Shown one piece after another: positions 1-9,895 of a stretch of DNA of 64,000 nucleotides. The notes beneath the pieces were generated by a model, which made no database searches, was not told the origin of the DNA, and was given only the letters and a program-made list of their open reading frames with translations. This DNA is from an uncultured Fidelibacterota bacterium (GTDB lineage: Bacteria > Fidelibacterota > Marinisomatia > Marinisomatales > Marinisomataceae). Where the stretch lies: the NCBI GenBank assembly GCA_902578385.1, contig CACHCR010000002.1, positions 65,873 through 129,872 of the forward strand, read 5' to 3'. How positions within the stretch are numbered: position 1 is the stretch's first letter; each line of letters begins with the position of its first letter. Position numbers and translations under genes: made by a program.

Positions 1-1363
1 TAGATCTAATCCGGATAATTGGTTTGTTTCGATTGTGCCGCCCAAAGATATAGAAAATTGGGAGCAAGATAATGATGTTTTAGATACATGGTTTAGTTCA
101 TGGTTATGGCCTTTTGCGGTTCATGGATGGCCTGATGTAAAATCCACAAAATATTTTCCAACTAATACACTTGTTACTGGTCCAGATATCATTTTCTTTT
201 GGGTAGCTAGAATGATTATGTCAGGATATGAGTTTATGGGAGATTTACCATTTACTGATGTTTATTTTACAAGTATTTTAAGAGATAATAAGGGTAGAAA
301 ATTAAGTAAGTCATTGGGGAATTCACCTGACCCAATCACTCTTTTTGAAAAATATGGTACGGATGCTACCAGGTTTTCTATTATGCTCATGTCTCCTCAA
401 GGCTCTGATGTTTATTTTTCTGAATCTGGAATTGAGGTAGGAAGAAATTTTATGACAAAGATTTGGAATGCCAGCAGATTCATTATCTTAAATCATGATG
501 AATCATTTTCGAATGAAATTAATTTTGAACAATTAGACAATTTTGATCAATGGATACTTGATTCGTTAGATGAAACTATTATTGAAGTAAATAAATCTTT
601 TGATAAATATCAGTTTAATGAAGCAATAAAGAAAATTTATGATTTTACTTGGAATGAATTTTGTAATTGGTATCTTGAAATTGTAAAACACAGATTCCAA
701 AATGGTGATTACATTACCAAAAGCAATTCCTTTAATATTTCTAAGTATGTTATAAAAAAAGTTTTACTACTATTGCACCCAATAGCACCATTTATATCAG
801 AAGAAATTTGGAATCATCTAAAAGATAAAGATGAAGATGATATTATTATATCTAAATGGCCTACATTAGTAGATAATGACTTCTCTTATGACAAAAATCA
901 AGTAGCAGATTTAAAAGAAATAGTTACTTCTATAAGAACTATAAGATCTGAATTAAATGTTCCACCATCTAAAAAAATTATCGTATTTGCTTATGCTAAA
1001 AATCAATCTGTAGAAAATGAAATAAAGCCTTTAATAGATTTAATTAAATCATTATCAAATACAGAAAATTTCGATTTAGGATTAAAAAAGATAAAGACAG
1101 ATAATGCAGCAGTTGCAGTTTGCAAATCAGTTGAATTATATATTCCATTGGGAGATTTAGTTAATAAGGACCAAGAACTATCTAAGCTAAATAAAAGGCT
1201 AGAAGAGTTAAATAAACTTATTCTTTTAATTGAACAAAAATTATCAAATAAAGAATTTGTCAGCAAAGCACCTGAAGATGTTATTAATGGTGAAAAAAAC
1301 AAACTAAACGATTTTATTATTGAAAGAACAAAAATTCTTTCTAATATTGAGGTATTAAAATGA
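1..1363 (+). CDS. valS: Valine--tRNA ligase, C-terminal part (5' truncated by window)
   Basis: DVLDTWFSS, GPDIIFFWVARM and KLSKSLGN (KMSKS) motifs; anticodon-binding domain and C-terminal coiled coil. The frame is open from position 2. Confidence 0.97.
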   Translation, partial: RSNPDNWFVSIVPPKDIENWEQDNDVLDTWFSSWLWPFAVHGWPDVKSTKYFPTNTLVTGPDIIFFWVARMIMSGYEFMGDLPFTDVYFTSILRDNKGRKLSKSLGNSPDPITLFEKYGTDATRFSIMLMSPQGSDVYFSESGIEVGRNFMTKIWNASRFIILNHDESFSNEINFEQLDNFDQWILDSLDETIIEVNKSFDKYQFNEAIKKIYDFTWNEFCNWYLEIVKHRFQNGDYITKSNSFNISKYVIKKVLLLLHPIAPFISEEIWNHLKDKDEDDIIISKWPTLVDNDFSYDKNQVADLKEIVTSIRTIRSELNVPPSKKIIVFAYAKNQSVENEIKPLIDLIKSLSNTENFDLGLKKIKTDNAAVAVCKSVELYIPLGDLVNKDQELSKLNKRLEELNKLILLIEQKLSNKEFVSKAPEDVINGEKNKLNDFIIERTKILSNIEVLK

Positions 1364-2688
1364 AAAACATAATTTTATTCTTTTTATCGCTTAATTTGGT
1401 ATTTGCCCAACAAGAATCTTCAACTAGATCTCTGACAATTTATAAAGATAGTTTTGCAGTTATTAATGAGCCAATTGTATGGAGTTTAAAATCTGGTAAA
1501 AATATTACTTCATTTACCAATGTTTCAAAGAATATACTTTTTGATTCTCCTGTGTTGAGTTTACAGGGCGTAGATATTCTATCTCAGACTCTTAATAAGA
1601 ATTTTACTTCATCAGATAATTTTTTGAAGAAGAGTATTGGTTCAGTTATTGAAATTGTTCCAATCAATGGTAGTCGAACTGAAGGTTTATTGATGGATAT
1701 TAATGGTTCTAGTATATCTATTAAAACTGGTAAAGGCTTAGTTGTTTTTCAAAGAAGTCAACTTTTATCATTCACGTTAAGATCTGGTAATGTACAAGAC
1801 AAATTTACTCCAGAACTTATTTGGGAACTAAATTCTGAAGAAGAAAAATCAATTAATGCAGAATTATCCTATATATCATCAGGTTTTTCATGGAAACCAA
1901 TTTATACTTTAACTATTAATGGGGATGATTCTTCTGCCACTTTATCTATCAATGCTGAGATTACAAATAATTCAAATGTTAGTCTTTTTGCTACAAAATT
2001 GAGCGTAGTTGAAGGAAATGTTCCTTTAAATTCTTCCTCAGTAAATCCTTCTTATCAGATGATTGAATCCAGAAGTTCAATGGAAAATAGAAATCTTTTA
2101 GGAGATTTCTATATTTTTGATATTGCATCTGAATTAAATCTTGATTCTATGCAAACAGTTCAACTGCCTATGATGGAAAAAAGAAAAATTATTTATGATA
2201 AAAAGTATGTATTCCAAAATTCTGAAAGAGACCAGGGAGATGAACCATTAAGTGTTGAAGTTTCTTTCGAAAATTCAGCTTCTAACAACCTTGAATTGCC
2301 ATTACCATCTGGTGTTTTATATTTGTATGAGAAAGATGATAATAGTTCAATGAGATTTATAGGTAGGAATTCACTTACGCAGATATATAAGGGCGGCATT
2401 GCTATTTTAGATGGAGGGAAAGCCTTTGATATTATTGGCAAGCGCAGAATTCTAAACTTTGACAGACAATCAAATAGTGAAGAATCTACAATTTCACTTC
2501 AAATTTTAAATACCAGTGATAAGTCTATAAAGGTAAAATCCGTAGAGAAGATTTTTGGTGACTGGGTCATTAAAGAATCTTCATCAATGTATATAAAAGA
2601 AGACGCTTCCACAATTTACTTTCCTTTAGAAATTGAACCTGGACAATCTGAGTTAATTACCTATACATATAAAAAAGAATGGAAGTAA
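1360..2688 (+). CDS. Secreted DUF4139-family protein
   Basis: Signal peptide; LSYISSGFSWKPIY, LPLPSG and FIG motifs typical of DUF4139/DUF4140 proteins. Confidence 0.75.
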   Translation: MKNIILFFLSLNLVFAQQESSTRSLTIYKDSFAVINEPIVWSLKSGKNITSFTNVSKNILFDSPVLSLQGVDILSQTLNKNFTSSDNFLKKSIGSVIEIVPINGSRTEGLLMDINGSSISIKTGKGLVVFQRSQLLSFTLRSGNVQDKFTPELIWELNSEEEKSINAELSYISSGFSWKPIYTLTINGDDSSATLSINAEITNNSNVSLFATKLSVVEGNVPLNSSSVNPSYQMIESRSSMENRNLLGDFYIFDIASELNLDSMQTVQLPMMEKRKIIYDKKYVFQNSERDQGDEPLSVEVSFENSASNNLELPLPSGVLYLYEKDDNSSMRFIGRNSLTQIYKGGIAILDGGKAFDIIGKRRILNFDRQSNSEESTISLQILNTSDKSIKVKSVEKIFGDWVIKESSSMYIKEDASTIYFPLEIEPGQSELITYTYKKEWK

Positions 2689-2694
2689 TGTCTT

Positions 2695-4794
2695 TTGAGC
2701 AAAGTTTTACAAGATTCTAATTCTTTAGATACACCAATACAATTTATCAAGGGCGTTGGTCCAAAAAGAGCTAAAGTTTTAGAATCATTAAATATTTTTA
2801 CAATTAAAGACCTTTTGTATTATTTCCCTAGAAAATATTTAGACAGAACTTCTCTTTCAACAATCGGATCCATAAATGAAGGAGATGAAGTGAATCTGGT
2901 TGGAAGAGTCAAATCTGTAAATCTAAAAAAAATGAAAAAAGGTAATTTTGTAACAGCAAATGTTGCAGATCATACTGGCTCTATTATGTTGATGTGGTTT
3001 AATGCAGCTGATTACATTCATCAATCATTAAAAGTTGGAGATTTATTAGCAATGCATGGAAAAGTTGCAACTTATCAAGGAAGCCCACAAATAGTGCACC
3101 CAGAGTATGATAAATTAAATGCAAATGAGATTTCTTTAACTACTGGGTTTATCATTCCAGTTTATCCATTAACTGAAGATTTAAAAAAATCAGGACTTGA
3201 TAACAGAAATTTAAGAAAAATAATTTATTTAGCTTTACAATCAGTTGAAGATATTGAAGATCATTTTGATAAAGATTTAAGAGATAATTTTGAAATAGAA
3301 GATTTAAATATTTCATTAAGAAATATTCATTATCCAAAAAATTTTGAATCATTAGATAAATCAATTCATAGATTAAAATATGATGAACACTTTTTCTTGC
3401 AATTATTACTTGCTTTAAGAAAGCAAAAAATTAAAGAAAATAAGTATGACTCAATAAAATTCAAGACTATTAGTTATAATAAAATACTAAAAAATTTAGA
3501 TTTCGAATTAACTGGAAGTCAGCAACTTTCATTGCGAGAAATCGTTGATGATTTTTTGTCAGAAAATCCTATGAATCGAATGATACAAGGCGATGTTGGA
3601 TGTGGGAAAACAATTGTCTCAATTCTTGCATCAGCAATTGTTGTTGATAATAATTATCAAGTTGCAATAATGGCTCCTACAGATCTTCTTTCAAAGCAAT
3701 TATATAAAAATTTTAAATCTTACTTTGATTCTATTGGAATTGAATGTTCTTTATTAGTTGGAAGCTTAAAATCAAAAGAAAAAAATAATGTTTTAGAGGA
3801 AATTAAATCTGGAAATTCCAATATAATTATTGGAACGCATGCACTTTTTCAGAATGATGTTAAGTTTAAAAATTTAGGTTTTGTTGTTATAGATGAACAA
3901 CATAGATTTGGTGTCAATCAAAGGCAAAAATTGTTGGCGAAATCTACAAACCCAAATCTTATGGCCATGACAGCAACTCCTATTCCAAGAACATTAGCAA
4001 TAACATATAATGGCGATATGGATTTATCAATTATTGATGAATTACCGAAAAATAGGCCTGAAATTCATACATCATATATTGATAAAGATAATTTATCAAC
4101 TGCATTTAATTTTATTAGAGAAAAAGTTGAAGATGGTGGACAGACAATAATAGTTTACCCTTTAATCAATGAGAGTGAAAAACAAGATCTATCAGCTGCT
4201 GTTGAATCTTATGAATATTTAAGGGATAATATTTTTCCTGATATTAAAGTTGGTTTAATGCATGGAAAATTAGACGATGAAAATAAGAATAATGAGATGC
4301 AAAGTTTTATGAAAGGTGATATAGATATTTTAGTTTCAACTACAGTTGTAGAGGTTGGAATTGATAATCCTAATGTAAATGTAATGCTTATAAATAATTC
4401 TGAGAGATTTGGTTTGAGTCAACTCCACCAGCTTCGCGGAAGAGTAGGAAGAGGAACATTAGAAAGTTATTGTCTTTTATGTAGTGATAGTGAATCACCT
4501 ACTACAAAAGAGAGATTAAGTATTATTGTAAACTCAAGAAATGGATTTGAAATTGCAGATGAGGATTTAAAATTAAGAGGTCCTGGGGAGTTTTTTGGAG
4601 AAAAACAAAGTGGATTTGTCAAATTTAAAATTGCAGATTTAATTACGGATGGTCCAATTATAAGAAATGCTCGAATGAATGCTTTTGAAATTATAAAGAA
4701 TGATGCAAATTTGACCCAAAATAATCATTTAATGATTAAACAAAAATTTGATGATGAATATTTACAACTTTTTTTAAAAACAACAGTAAACTGA
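2695..4794 (+). CDS. recG: ATP-dependent DNA helicase RecG
   Basis: KGVGPKR wedge start, QGDVGCGKT, DEQHRFG, TATPIPRT, QLRGRVGRG, DLKLRGPGE; TTG start. Confidence 0.97.
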   Translation: MSKVLQDSNSLDTPIQFIKGVGPKRAKVLESLNIFTIKDLLYYFPRKYLDRTSLSTIGSINEGDEVNLVGRVKSVNLKKMKKGNFVTANVADHTGSIMLMWFNAADYIHQSLKVGDLLAMHGKVATYQGSPQIVHPEYDKLNANEISLTTGFIIPVYPLTEDLKKSGLDNRNLRKIIYLALQSVEDIEDHFDKDLRDNFEIEDLNISLRNIHYPKNFESLDKSIHRLKYDEHFFLQLLLALRKQKIKENKYDSIKFKTISYNKILKNLDFELTGSQQLSLREIVDDFLSENPMNRMIQGDVGCGKTIVSILASAIVVDNNYQVAIMAPTDLLSKQLYKNFKSYFDSIGIECSLLVGSLKSKEKNNVLEEIKSGNSNIIIGTHALFQNDVKFKNLGFVVIDEQHRFGVNQRQKLLAKSTNPNLMAMTATPIPRTLAITYNGDMDLSIIDELPKNRPEIHTSYIDKDNLSTAFNFIREKVEDGGQTIIVYPLINESEKQDLSAAVESYEYLRDNIFPDIKVGLMHGKLDDENKNNEMQSFMKGDIDILVSTTVVEVGIDNPNVNVMLINNSERFGLSQLHQLRGRVGRGTLESYCLLCSDSESPTTKERLSIIVNSRNGFEIADEDLKLRGPGEFFGEKQSGFVKFKIADLITDGPIIRNARMNAFEIIKNDANLTQNNHLMIKQKFDDEYLQLFLKTTVN

Positions 4795-4801
4795 GGATAT
4801 A

Positions 4802-5116
4802 ATGAAAGAAAAACCAACAGAAAAACAACTATTTGACGCGTTAATTTCTCAAACAGCATACGGAATTTGGGTTTCATTAGGGAAGCTACAAAATCCTGTA
4901 AGCGGAGAAACTTCCGTTGATCTTGATCAAGCTTCAATTCAGATAGATATGCTAGATATGATTAATAATAAAATGCATGCAAGCCTTACGGAAGAAGAAA
5001 GAGAATATATTGATAAAGTTTTAGCAGAATCAAAAATGAACTTTCTTGAAGTTGAAAAAAGCAAAGCTGGGAAAGAAGATTCTAGTGAAGATACTAAAGA
5101 AGAAACTGAAGCATAG
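4802..5116 (+). CDS. DUF1844-family small protein
   Basis: LGKLQNPVSGE...DLDQA...IDMLDM pattern; GAGGA RBS. Confidence 0.75.
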   Translation: MKEKPTEKQLFDALISQTAYGIWVSLGKLQNPVSGETSVDLDQASIQIDMLDMINNKMHASLTEEEREYIDKVLAESKMNFLEVEKSKAGKEDSSEDTKEETEA

Positions 5117-5118
5117 CA

Positions 5119-7998
5119 TTGAGCTTTTTTACTACCTATAGCAAAAAACTAGAAAATTTAATTGCAGTAGTTATTTTCATTATAACTTTTGCAATTTATT
5201 TTTCAACAATGGCCCCAACTGTATCTTTTTGGGATACTGGAGAGTTTATTGCAACCTCATACATCCTAGGAGTTCCTCATCCACCTGGAAGCCCTCTATT
5301 TTTATTAGTTGGAAAATTTTTCAGTTTACTTCCTATCAGCAGTGATATTGCATTTAGAGTTAATATTTTTTCGCCAATAATTAGTGCTTTAACTATTAGC
5401 CTTCTTTTTCTCATATGTAATCAATTTATAGATAGAGTAAATCCAAATGATAATAATAAATTTTTTAAAATGTGTTCTTCACTTACAGCATCTTTGACTT
5501 TTGCATTTACTCATAGTCATTGGTTCAATGCAGTTGAAACAGAGGTATACGCTTTTAGTGGATTTATGACAGCATTGGTAGTTTATTTAATTATGATATG
5601 GTCAAGAAAAATTCATACTTCAAACCACATCATTTATTTAATTATCATCAGTTATATTATTGGTTTAGCAACTGGACTTCATTTATTAAACTTATTAACC
5701 ATCCCTTTTATTGGTCTAATTATATATTTTTCAATTGGGAACTTAAATAGTAAAAACTTACTCTTTACACTTCTAATTTCATTAATTATTTTTTTTGGTA
5801 TTCAACGTTTTATTATTCAAGGGTTACCTCAAATTACAGAATCGATAGGCCTTATTGGATTAACATTTTTACTGATATCTTTAATCATTATTTGTGCATA
5901 TTCAATCAAAAATAATAAAGGGTTGATATCTATTATTTCGACTTCAATAATTCTAATTATAATCGGTTATTCCACTTATTTTTCTATTTTTATTAGATCT
6001 GGTCAAGACCCTAATATTGATGAAAACAATCCTGAAACTGTTTCAGAAGCTATTTCATATCTTAATAGAGATCAATATGGTCAAATGACAATATTACCAA
6101 GAAAGTTTGATAATCTTCCTTCTAAAGTATCAATTGTAGGTTCTCCATTAAATGAAAATTTAGAATTTTCATTTGACCAAGAAAAAGACTATATGTTGTA
6201 TGAGATCCCATCTCAAGCAAGATTTCTATGGAATTATCAAATTAAAAAAATGTATATAAGATATTTTTTATGGCAGTTTGCAGGTAAGGGAGATAGTGGC
6301 GATCCATTTGTAACAGATGTAGGAGCTTTACCTGATGAAGATGGAGTGGACTGGAGACAATTTGGCTTACCTCTTGCATTGATTATGGGTTTTATTGGGA
6401 TAGGTTATCATTTTAGAAAAAACAAGCATGATGCATTTTCTTTATTGGTCTTATTTTTAATGACAGGTGTAGCAATCATCTTTTATTTAAATCAAGATGC
6501 TCCTCAGCCTAGAGAGCGAGATTATTCTTATGTAGCAAGCTTTATGACTTTCTCTGTATGGATTGGTCTTGGTATTTATGCATTTATTAATTTTATAACT
6601 GATTCTTTACTTGAAAAGTCAATTAAGCATAAGTCGTCATATTTTATGATTGTTTTATTTATTCTATTTATGCCAACTAGAATGTTAATTGCAAACTATC
6701 ATGAACATGATAGAACTGGAAATTATATCGCTTGGGATATGGCATATAATATGCTTCAAACATGTGAACCAAATTCTATTTTATTCACTAATGGTGATAA
6801 TGATACATTCCCACTATGGTATCTTCAAGAAGTTGAAAAAATAAGAACGGATGTTGTTGTTGCTAATCTTAGTCTTTTAAATACTCCATGGTATATTCAA
6901 CAATTGAAAGATCGTCACAAGACTGATCCATTTATTAAAATGAGTGAACAAGAAATACAAGGTCTTGATTTTAGAAGATGGGAATCAAAAAATATTTCAA
7001 TTAATGCGCCTAAAGATCAAAACAATATAAATGGTAAAATTGAGTGGGAGCTAAAACCTACTTATTTAGGTGTGGCGCTAAGAATACAAGATTTAATGGT
7101 TTTAAAAATTATAAATGATAATAATTGGAATAGACCAATATATTTTGGAGTAACTGTTTCTCCAACAAGTATGTTAAATCTTGATGATTATTTAAGAATG
7201 GAAGGTTTAGCATATCGTTTAGTTAATAATTCTAATGATGTTGTTGACCAAAGGAAGTTAACAGATAATTTATTATCATTTGTTGGCGAAAACTCATGGT
7301 TCAGTGATTATGACTCTAATAAAAATAATTATTCAACATTATCTGTTTCTAAAGACTATCAAAGAGGGTATATCTACAGAAATTTGGCTAATCCTAACGT
7401 TTATGTTGACCCTCAATTAGGCAGATTAGTTCAGAACTATAGAACTGGATTTGTAAGATTATCGATTTCACATTATCTAGATAAAAATTTTCAAGAAGCA
7501 GAGAATGCGTTACTAAAAATGGAAGAAATTATGCCAAGTAATGTTATTCCAATTCCTTCAAAACAATTGCAGTACCAAATCGCGCAAGTTTATAACGGTG
7601 TTGGTAATCAAGTCAAAATGAAATATCATATGAAAGAGCTAGTTGAAAGAACAGATTTAGAGCTTAATGATTATATATTGTATGGAAAGTCATTTATTCA
7701 ATTATTAGATGATTACAATGAATCAAAAATAATTTTTGAGACTATTTATCAAAACTATAAAGTTATAGAAAGATCAATTTCAAGAAGAGGATTTACTGCT
7801 ACAAAAATATCACAAAGCGAGTGGCAAGAGTGGCAAAAATCACTTCCTGAAATAGTTTATTTATTATTTTTAAGTTATAAAAATCTTGAGATGTATGATG
7901 AGGCAAAAACTTTACTAACAGATTGGATGGAAAAAAATCCAGCGGATGATAATGCTCAAAAGTTGCTTGATGAACTCTCCAAAATAGAATCTTCTTAA
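5119..7998 (+). CDS. DUF2723 multi-pass membrane protein (TMEM260-like GT-C glycosyltransferase) with C-terminal helical/TPR-like region
   Basis: APTVSFWDTGEF, HPPGSP, AVETEVY, QPRERDYSY and GDNDTFPLWY motifs; about 12 TM segments. Confidence 0.85.
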   Translation: MSFFTTYSKKLENLIAVVIFIITFAIYFSTMAPTVSFWDTGEFIATSYILGVPHPPGSPLFLLVGKFFSLLPISSDIAFRVNIFSPIISALTISLLFLICNQFIDRVNPNDNNKFFKMCSSLTASLTFAFTHSHWFNAVETEVYAFSGFMTALVVYLIMIWSRKIHTSNHIIYLIIISYIIGLATGLHLLNLLTIPFIGLIIYFSIGNLNSKNLLFTLLISLIIFFGIQRFIIQGLPQITESIGLIGLTFLLISLIIICAYSIKNNKGLISIISTSIILIIIGYSTYFSIFIRSGQDPNIDENNPETVSEAISYLNRDQYGQMTILPRKFDNLPSKVSIVGSPLNENLEFSFDQEKDYMLYEIPSQARFLWNYQIKKMYIRYFLWQFAGKGDSGDPFVTDVGALPDEDGVDWRQFGLPLALIMGFIGIGYHFRKNKHDAFSLLVLFLMTGVAIIFYLNQDAPQPRERDYSYVASFMTFSVWIGLGIYAFINFITDSLLEKSIKHKSSYFMIVLFILFMPTRMLIANYHEHDRTGNYIAWDMAYNMLQTCEPNSILFTNGDNDTFPLWYLQEVEKIRTDVVVANLSLLNTPWYIQQLKDRHKTDPFIKMSEQEIQGLDFRRWESKNISINAPKDQNNINGKIEWELKPTYLGVALRIQDLMVLKIINDNNWNRPIYFGVTVSPTSMLNLDDYLRMEGLAYRLVNNSNDVVDQRKLTDNLLSFVGENSWFSDYDSNKNNYSTLSVSKDYQRGYIYRNLANPNVYVDPQLGRLVQNYRTGFVRLSISHYLDKNFQEAENALLKMEEIMPSNVIPIPSKQLQYQIAQVYNGVGNQVKMKYHMKELVERTDLELNDYILYGKSFIQLLDDYNESKIIFETIYQNYKVIERSISRRGFTATKISQSEWQEWQKSLPEIVYLLFLSYKNLEMYDEAKTLLTDWMEKNPADDNAQKLLDELSKIESS

Positions 7999-9011
7999 TG
8001 AAATTATCAATTGTCATACCTCATCACAATGGTAAAAAGCTCATTTTTGAGTGCTTAGAATCTTTATTTAGAAATACTTCAATTCAAAATTTTGAAACGA
8101 TAGTAGTTGATAACTTATCTACTGATAATTCAGCAGATCAGGCAAAAGAAAATTTTCCTCAAATCAAATTATTAAAAGCAGATTCTAATCTTGGTTATAG
8201 TGGGGGTTGTAATTTTGGAGCAAAGATTGCAAAAGGAGAATATATTATATTTTTGAACAATGATACTCTTCATACAAATAACTGGATTGAAGAGTTGATT
8301 AGTTTTCTTGATAATAATCCTCATGCTGGTGCTGCTCAACCAAAAATTTTAAATGCGATAAATAAAGATACATTTGATTATGCTGGAGGCGCAGGAGGTT
8401 ATATTGATAAATATTGTTTTCCGTTTGTAAGAGGTAGGTTATTTAATACCTTGGAAAAAGATTCAAATCAGTATGAAAATGCAAAGAAAATTTTTTGGGC
8501 ATCAGGAGCAGCATTTATAATTAGAAGAAAATTATTAACCGAGTTAAACTATTTTGATAATATTTATTTTGCTTACATGGAAGAAATTGATTTATGTTGG
8601 AGACTTCAGGCAATGGGATGGGGAGTTTGGAATGTGCCAACTTCAAAAATTTATCATTATGGGAAGCAAACAATTAAAGAGAATTCATTTAAATCTCATT
8701 ACTTAAATCATAGAAATTCATGGATTTTATTTATCAAAAATTCCCCATCTTTTGAAAAGGGTTTTATGATTATTAAAAGATTTATTTTAGATCAAATGGC
8801 TGTAGTATATTCAATCTTTTCATTTGATGTTAATAGATTATTAGCAATTTTTGCTTCACACATATGGCTAATTTTGAACTTAAGATTATTAATTAATGCT
8901 CGTTTAAATAATCACTTAAGGCACCACAAAATAGATTTGATATATAAAAGGAGTATAGCTTTAGATTATTTTTTTAAACGTAAAAAATATTTTCATCAAA
9001 TATTTGAGTAA
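7998..9011 (+). CDS. Glycosyltransferase family 2 (WbbL/rhamnosyltransferase-like)
   Basis: SIVIP, VVDNLSTD, NLGYSGG, FLNND, WASGA, YMEEIDLCWR. Confidence 0.9.
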   Translation: MKLSIVIPHHNGKKLIFECLESLFRNTSIQNFETIVVDNLSTDNSADQAKENFPQIKLLKADSNLGYSGGCNFGAKIAKGEYIIFLNNDTLHTNNWIEELISFLDNNPHAGAAQPKILNAINKDTFDYAGGAGGYIDKYCFPFVRGRLFNTLEKDSNQYENAKKIFWASGAAFIIRRKLLTELNYFDNIYFAYMEEIDLCWRLQAMGWGVWNVPTSKIYHYGKQTIKENSFKSHYLNHRNSWILFIKNSPSFEKGFMIIKRFILDQMAVVYSIFSFDVNRLLAIFASHIWLILNLRLLINARLNNHLRHHKIDLIYKRSIALDYFFKRKKYFHQIFE

Positions 9012-9832
9012 AAATCTTTATAAATATTTGATCTTTGTGAATCTAAATATTGCATTTTTTTTAACATCTCTTTTTGACCTAGTTTTTCCATTATTTCAGC
9101 AATTTTAGGCCCATGATATTTCATAAACATATTTGTATAGTTTTCTTGGGAATAATTATCAAAAATTTCATCAAGATTATTAATCAATTCTTCTAAAGAT
9201 TGTACGCATTCATCAACATTACCATTTTCAAAGAGTTCATAGGACAAGTAAGTAGAAAATCTAAGCTTTCTTAGTCCAATATTATCTGTTAAAAGATTTA
9301 TTAGTAATAAGCGTTGCTCCCATCCTCTGGAAAAATTAGATGCACTTGCACGCACAGCAATGCTCCTTGCTTTTTCATAGTGCTGACTACCACCAAGAAA
9401 GCTCCATGTATCAAGCTCTGCTCCTAAAATAATATTTCCATAGAATCCTAACAGGCTTGAAAGTGGATCATAATAAACACTATCATAATAAAGTGATGAA
9501 TTTTGATTTAATGCAAATTGAGATCCTTTATCAAAAAAATGTAGATCAACATTATTACTAAAAAGAGATTGAATTAGATAGGCTTCTGAGCTACCTGTAT
9601 TTGCATTACCTTCAAAAATAATTTGAATATTCAAATTAAGCTCTAAGTCACGATATTCATCATTCCAAACTGTATCAACATAAAATTTCGTCATGCTATT
9701 TTTTAAATTAAACAATGAAGATTTTTCGTCATCTCGCAAGAGTCTATCATCAAAAGTAATGGCTGCATCTTTAAATTGAGCATTTAATCCAGTGCAGATA
9801 GATAGAATAATAGCATATTTAACTAACTTCAT
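8996..9832 (-). CDS. DUF4835-family secreted protein (PorD-like)
   Basis: Signal peptide from MKLVKY (ATG at 9832); FYGNIILG.ELDTWSFLGG.. and GW..R motifs. Confidence 0.65.
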   Translation of the reverse strand: MKLVKYAIILSICTGLNAQFKDAAITFDDRLLRDDEKSSLFNLKNSMTKFYVDTVWNDEYRDLELNLNIQIIFEGNANTGSSEAYLIQSLFSNNVDLHFFDKGSQFALNQNSSLYYDSVYYDPLSSLLGFYGNIILGAELDTWSFLGGSQHYEKARSIAVRASASNFSRGWEQRLLLINLLTDNIGLRKLRFSTYLSYELFENGNVDECVQSLEELINNLDEIFDNYSQENYTNMFMKYHGPKIAEIMEKLGQKEMLKKMQYLDSQRSNIYKDFYSNI

Positions 9833-9895
9833 TAGAGAGACAATTTTAATTTGTTTTCTTAGCATAAAAGACCTATATATTTTTTAATTTACAAA

